Assembly (NCBI GenBank): GCA_965277805.1
Contig: OZ255842.1
Span: forward strand, 4,896,001-4,960,000
DNA from: Candidatus Lustribacter sp.
GTDB taxonomy: Bacteria > Vulcanimicrobiota > Vulcanimicrobiia > Vulcanimicrobiales > Vulcanimicrobiaceae
Length of the DNA stretch: 64,000 nucleotides
Reading direction: 5' to 3'
Position numbers and translations under genes: made by a program. Below are positions 61,973 to 64,000 of this stretch, in pieces (position 1 is the stretch's first letter; each line of letters starts with the position of its first letter). Under the pieces are notes generated by a model, which saw only the letters and a program-made list of their open reading frames with translations, did not search any database and was not told where the DNA came from.

Positions 61973-63607
61973 GTGACCGACGTCCTCGCGCACGACCCGG
62001 CGATTCTGATCGTCGGCGATGATCTGTTGGCCGAACGCGTCTGCGACGAGCTCGCCGCTGCCGGCGGAGCGCGCGTGCACGTCGTTGCGCCGAAGGTCGC
62101 CGACGACGACGAGGTGCTGCTCGACGCCGGCGTGACGTCCGCGGTCGCGATCCTGACGCTCTCCAGCGACGACGAGCGGAACCTTTCGATCGCGTTGCGC
62201 GCGCGCATGCTCAACCCGCACATTCGTGTCGTGCTGCGCCAGTTCGGCACGAAGATCGGCCGCAAGATCGAGCAGAACCTGCCCGACTCGACCGTGCTCT
62301 CGCCGGCCGCTCACTCGGCCGCAACCTATGCCGGCGCGGCCCTGGACCCGGGCTGCTTTTTCGCACTGCGCTTTCCCGACATGGTGGCGGGCGCGTTCGT
62401 CGGCTTTACGTTCGGGTTTGCGAACGAGCTCGATGTCGCGCACATCACCGTGGCCGAGGCCGAGCAGAAGCTGGGCTTGCGCATCGTCGCGCTCGGCAAC
62501 CGGCGCGAGCCGGTTCCGGATTCGCTGATCGACGCGAACGACCCGATCGTGGCCTTCGGCCGGGTGATCGAGCGCCGCACCGAAGCGCGGCGCGAACGCG
62601 AGCCGGCCCCAACGCGGACGTACACGCGCCGCACGCTCGCCGCGTCATCGATCGAAACGCTGGCTCGCACCAACCCGATCCTGCGCACGATCGCCGTGAG
62701 CGCGGTCGTGTTCTATGCGGTCGCGGCGGTGTTCTTTCACTTTGCCCTGCACCTGAGCTGGCCCGGTTCGGCCTTCGACGTCGTCCAGGCGATGACGAGC
62801 ACCGGTTTCGGCGACACGTCGGTCGCGCGGCGTGGAACGGCGATCGTGCTCGGTGCGATCGTCGTGATGATCGGCGGCACGATCTTCACCAGCATCTTCA
62901 TCGGTTACGTCAGCGCCGCGATCACGCGCGCGCAGTGGACCGCGCAACAGGGTTTGCGCCGCATCCGCGGCCGCGGCCACTACGTCGTGTGCGGCGGCGG
63001 ACGCATCGGCGGCGCCGTCGTGAATTTTCTGATCGAAGCCGGCAAACACGTCGTGGTGATCGACTCGCATCCCGACCCGACGCTCGTGCGGCGCGCGCGT
63101 GAAAGCCGGCTCGATCTTCTGACCGGCGACGCGACGAATGAAGACGTGCTCGCGCTGTGCGACGTCACGCATGCGGCGGCGGTCGTCGTGCTGACGAACA
63201 GCGACCCCGGCAATCTCGAAATCGCGCTAGGCGCGCGCGCCATGCGGGCCGACGTGCCGCTCGTGGTGCGGATGGAAGACCGCACGTTTGCGCAGGCGAC
63301 GGCTAGCCTCTTCGGCATCGCCACGTTCTCGCCGGCGGCGTTGACGGCGCCCGCCTTCGCCGGGCTCGCCCGGTTTCCGGGGACCCTCGGGCGCGTCCGG
63401 ATTGCGGGCAAGGAGCATACGATCGTGCAGCTTTGGGGCGGCGGGGGCGCCCACGTGCCGGAAGGCGCGCTGCCGCTCTGCGCGTGGCAAACGGGGCGCG
63501 GCATCGTGCTCATTCACAGCCTCGAGGAAATCGGCGCCGGCGACACCGTGATCTACGCCGTTCCCCTCGGGCAGCGGGCCCCCCAACCCGGGATTGTCTC
63601 GCCGTAG
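61973..63607 (+). CDS. TrkA_N/NAD-binding potassium channel-like protein
   Basis: Two TrkA_N domains flanking TMs with a TSTGFGD pore-like motif; HYVVCGGGRIG. Confidence 0.85.
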   Translation: MTDVLAHDPAILIVGDDLLAERVCDELAAAGGARVHVVAPKVADDDEVLLDAGVTSAVAILTLSSDDERNLSIALRARMLNPHIRVVLRQFGTKIGRKIEQNLPDSTVLSPAAHSAATYAGAALDPGCFFALRFPDMVAGAFVGFTFGFANELDVAHITVAEAEQKLGLRIVALGNRREPVPDSLIDANDPIVAFGRVIERRTEARREREPAPTRTYTRRTLAASSIETLARTNPILRTIAVSAVVFYAVAAVFFHFALHLSWPGSAFDVVQAMTSTGFGDTSVARRGTAIVLGAIVVMIGGTIFTSIFIGYVSAAITRAQWTAQQGLRRIRGRGHYVVCGGGRIGGAVVNFLIEAGKHVVVIDSHPDPTLVRRARESRLDLLTGDATNEDVLALCDVTHAAAVVVLTNSDPGNLEIALGARAMRADVPLVVRMEDRTFAQATASLFGIATFSPAALTAPAFAGLARFPGTLGRVRIAGKEHTIVQLWGGGGAHVPEGALPLCAWQTGRGIVLIHSLEEIGAGDTVIYAVPLGQRAPQPGIVSP

Positions 63608-63622
63608 GCCGAACAAATCACC

Positions 63623-64000
63623 ATGGAGACTGTAGCATCTTCGACGATGACGCTCTCTGAGCGCGCCGACGCGCTCGAGAAGCAGCTGAGCGACGAACTC
63701 GACGATCGTTTCGTTCCGGTTCGCGCGCCGCTCTACACCTCCGGCGACCGCGATCCGCGCCTCCCGTTGGAAGTCAAATCCGACGAGGACAAGTACAAGG
63801 GCAAGCTTTTCAACATGGGGCACGACAAGCGGTTGCCCAAGATGCCCGATAAGCCGACGCTGCTCGACTTTTTCGAATACCGCATGGCTCCCGCAACCCA
63901 CTTGCTGCAGAGCGCAACGCACGCGCTCAAGGCCGGCTGCGAAGAGAAGATCATCATGGCGTGCCTCGTGCACGACATGGCCGTGTCGATGTTCATTCGC
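63623..64000 (+). CDS. HD-domain protein (partial, runs off the right edge; not in ORF track)
   Basis: METVASS..HLLQSATHA..ACLVHD. Confidence 0.75.
   Translation, partial: METVASSTMTLSERADALEKQLSDELDDRFVPVRAPLYTSGDRDPRLPLEVKSDEDKYKGKLFNMGHDKRLPKMPDKPTLLDFFEYRMAPATHLLQSATHALKAGCEEKIIMACLVHDMAVSMFIR

Overview
High-GC bacterial chromosomal window with very strong CG/CGA codon bias. The Terrabacteria-like gene set (yqeK-rsfS, CIRCE-controlled clpB) together with CGGGG lipoproteins and STAND-TPR fusions suggests Vulcanimicrobiota/Eremiobacterota, which is inference only. Core genes: leuS, comEA, rsfS, yqeK, rimI, tsaB, tsaE, gyrA, trxA, selA, selB, a 2-oxoacid:ferredoxin oxidoreductase (alpha/beta), clpB, typA and a cis-prenyltransferase. 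Signalling genes: two hybrid kinases, a GAF-GGDEF-STAND-TPR protein and a YciI/ECF sigma pair. A tRNA-Sec gene (45254-45347) carries a ~5.1 kb integrated island bounded by a 25-bp duplication of the tRNA 3' end. The island holds a shattered tyrosine integrase, paired arm-type repeats, an excisionase-like gene and intact cargo, including an HNH-like nuclease and a TIGR02391/HEPN protein (candidate defence genes). Other highlights: four genes whose conserved N-termini need non-canonical starts (rsfS CTG, gyrA CTG, ECF sigma ATA, selA with no canonical start), an orphan nearly Arg/Lys-free flagellin, a large lipoprotein pair and a palindrome-controlled membrane protein/wHTH/prenyltransferase operon. 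No CRISPR array or rRNA was seen.
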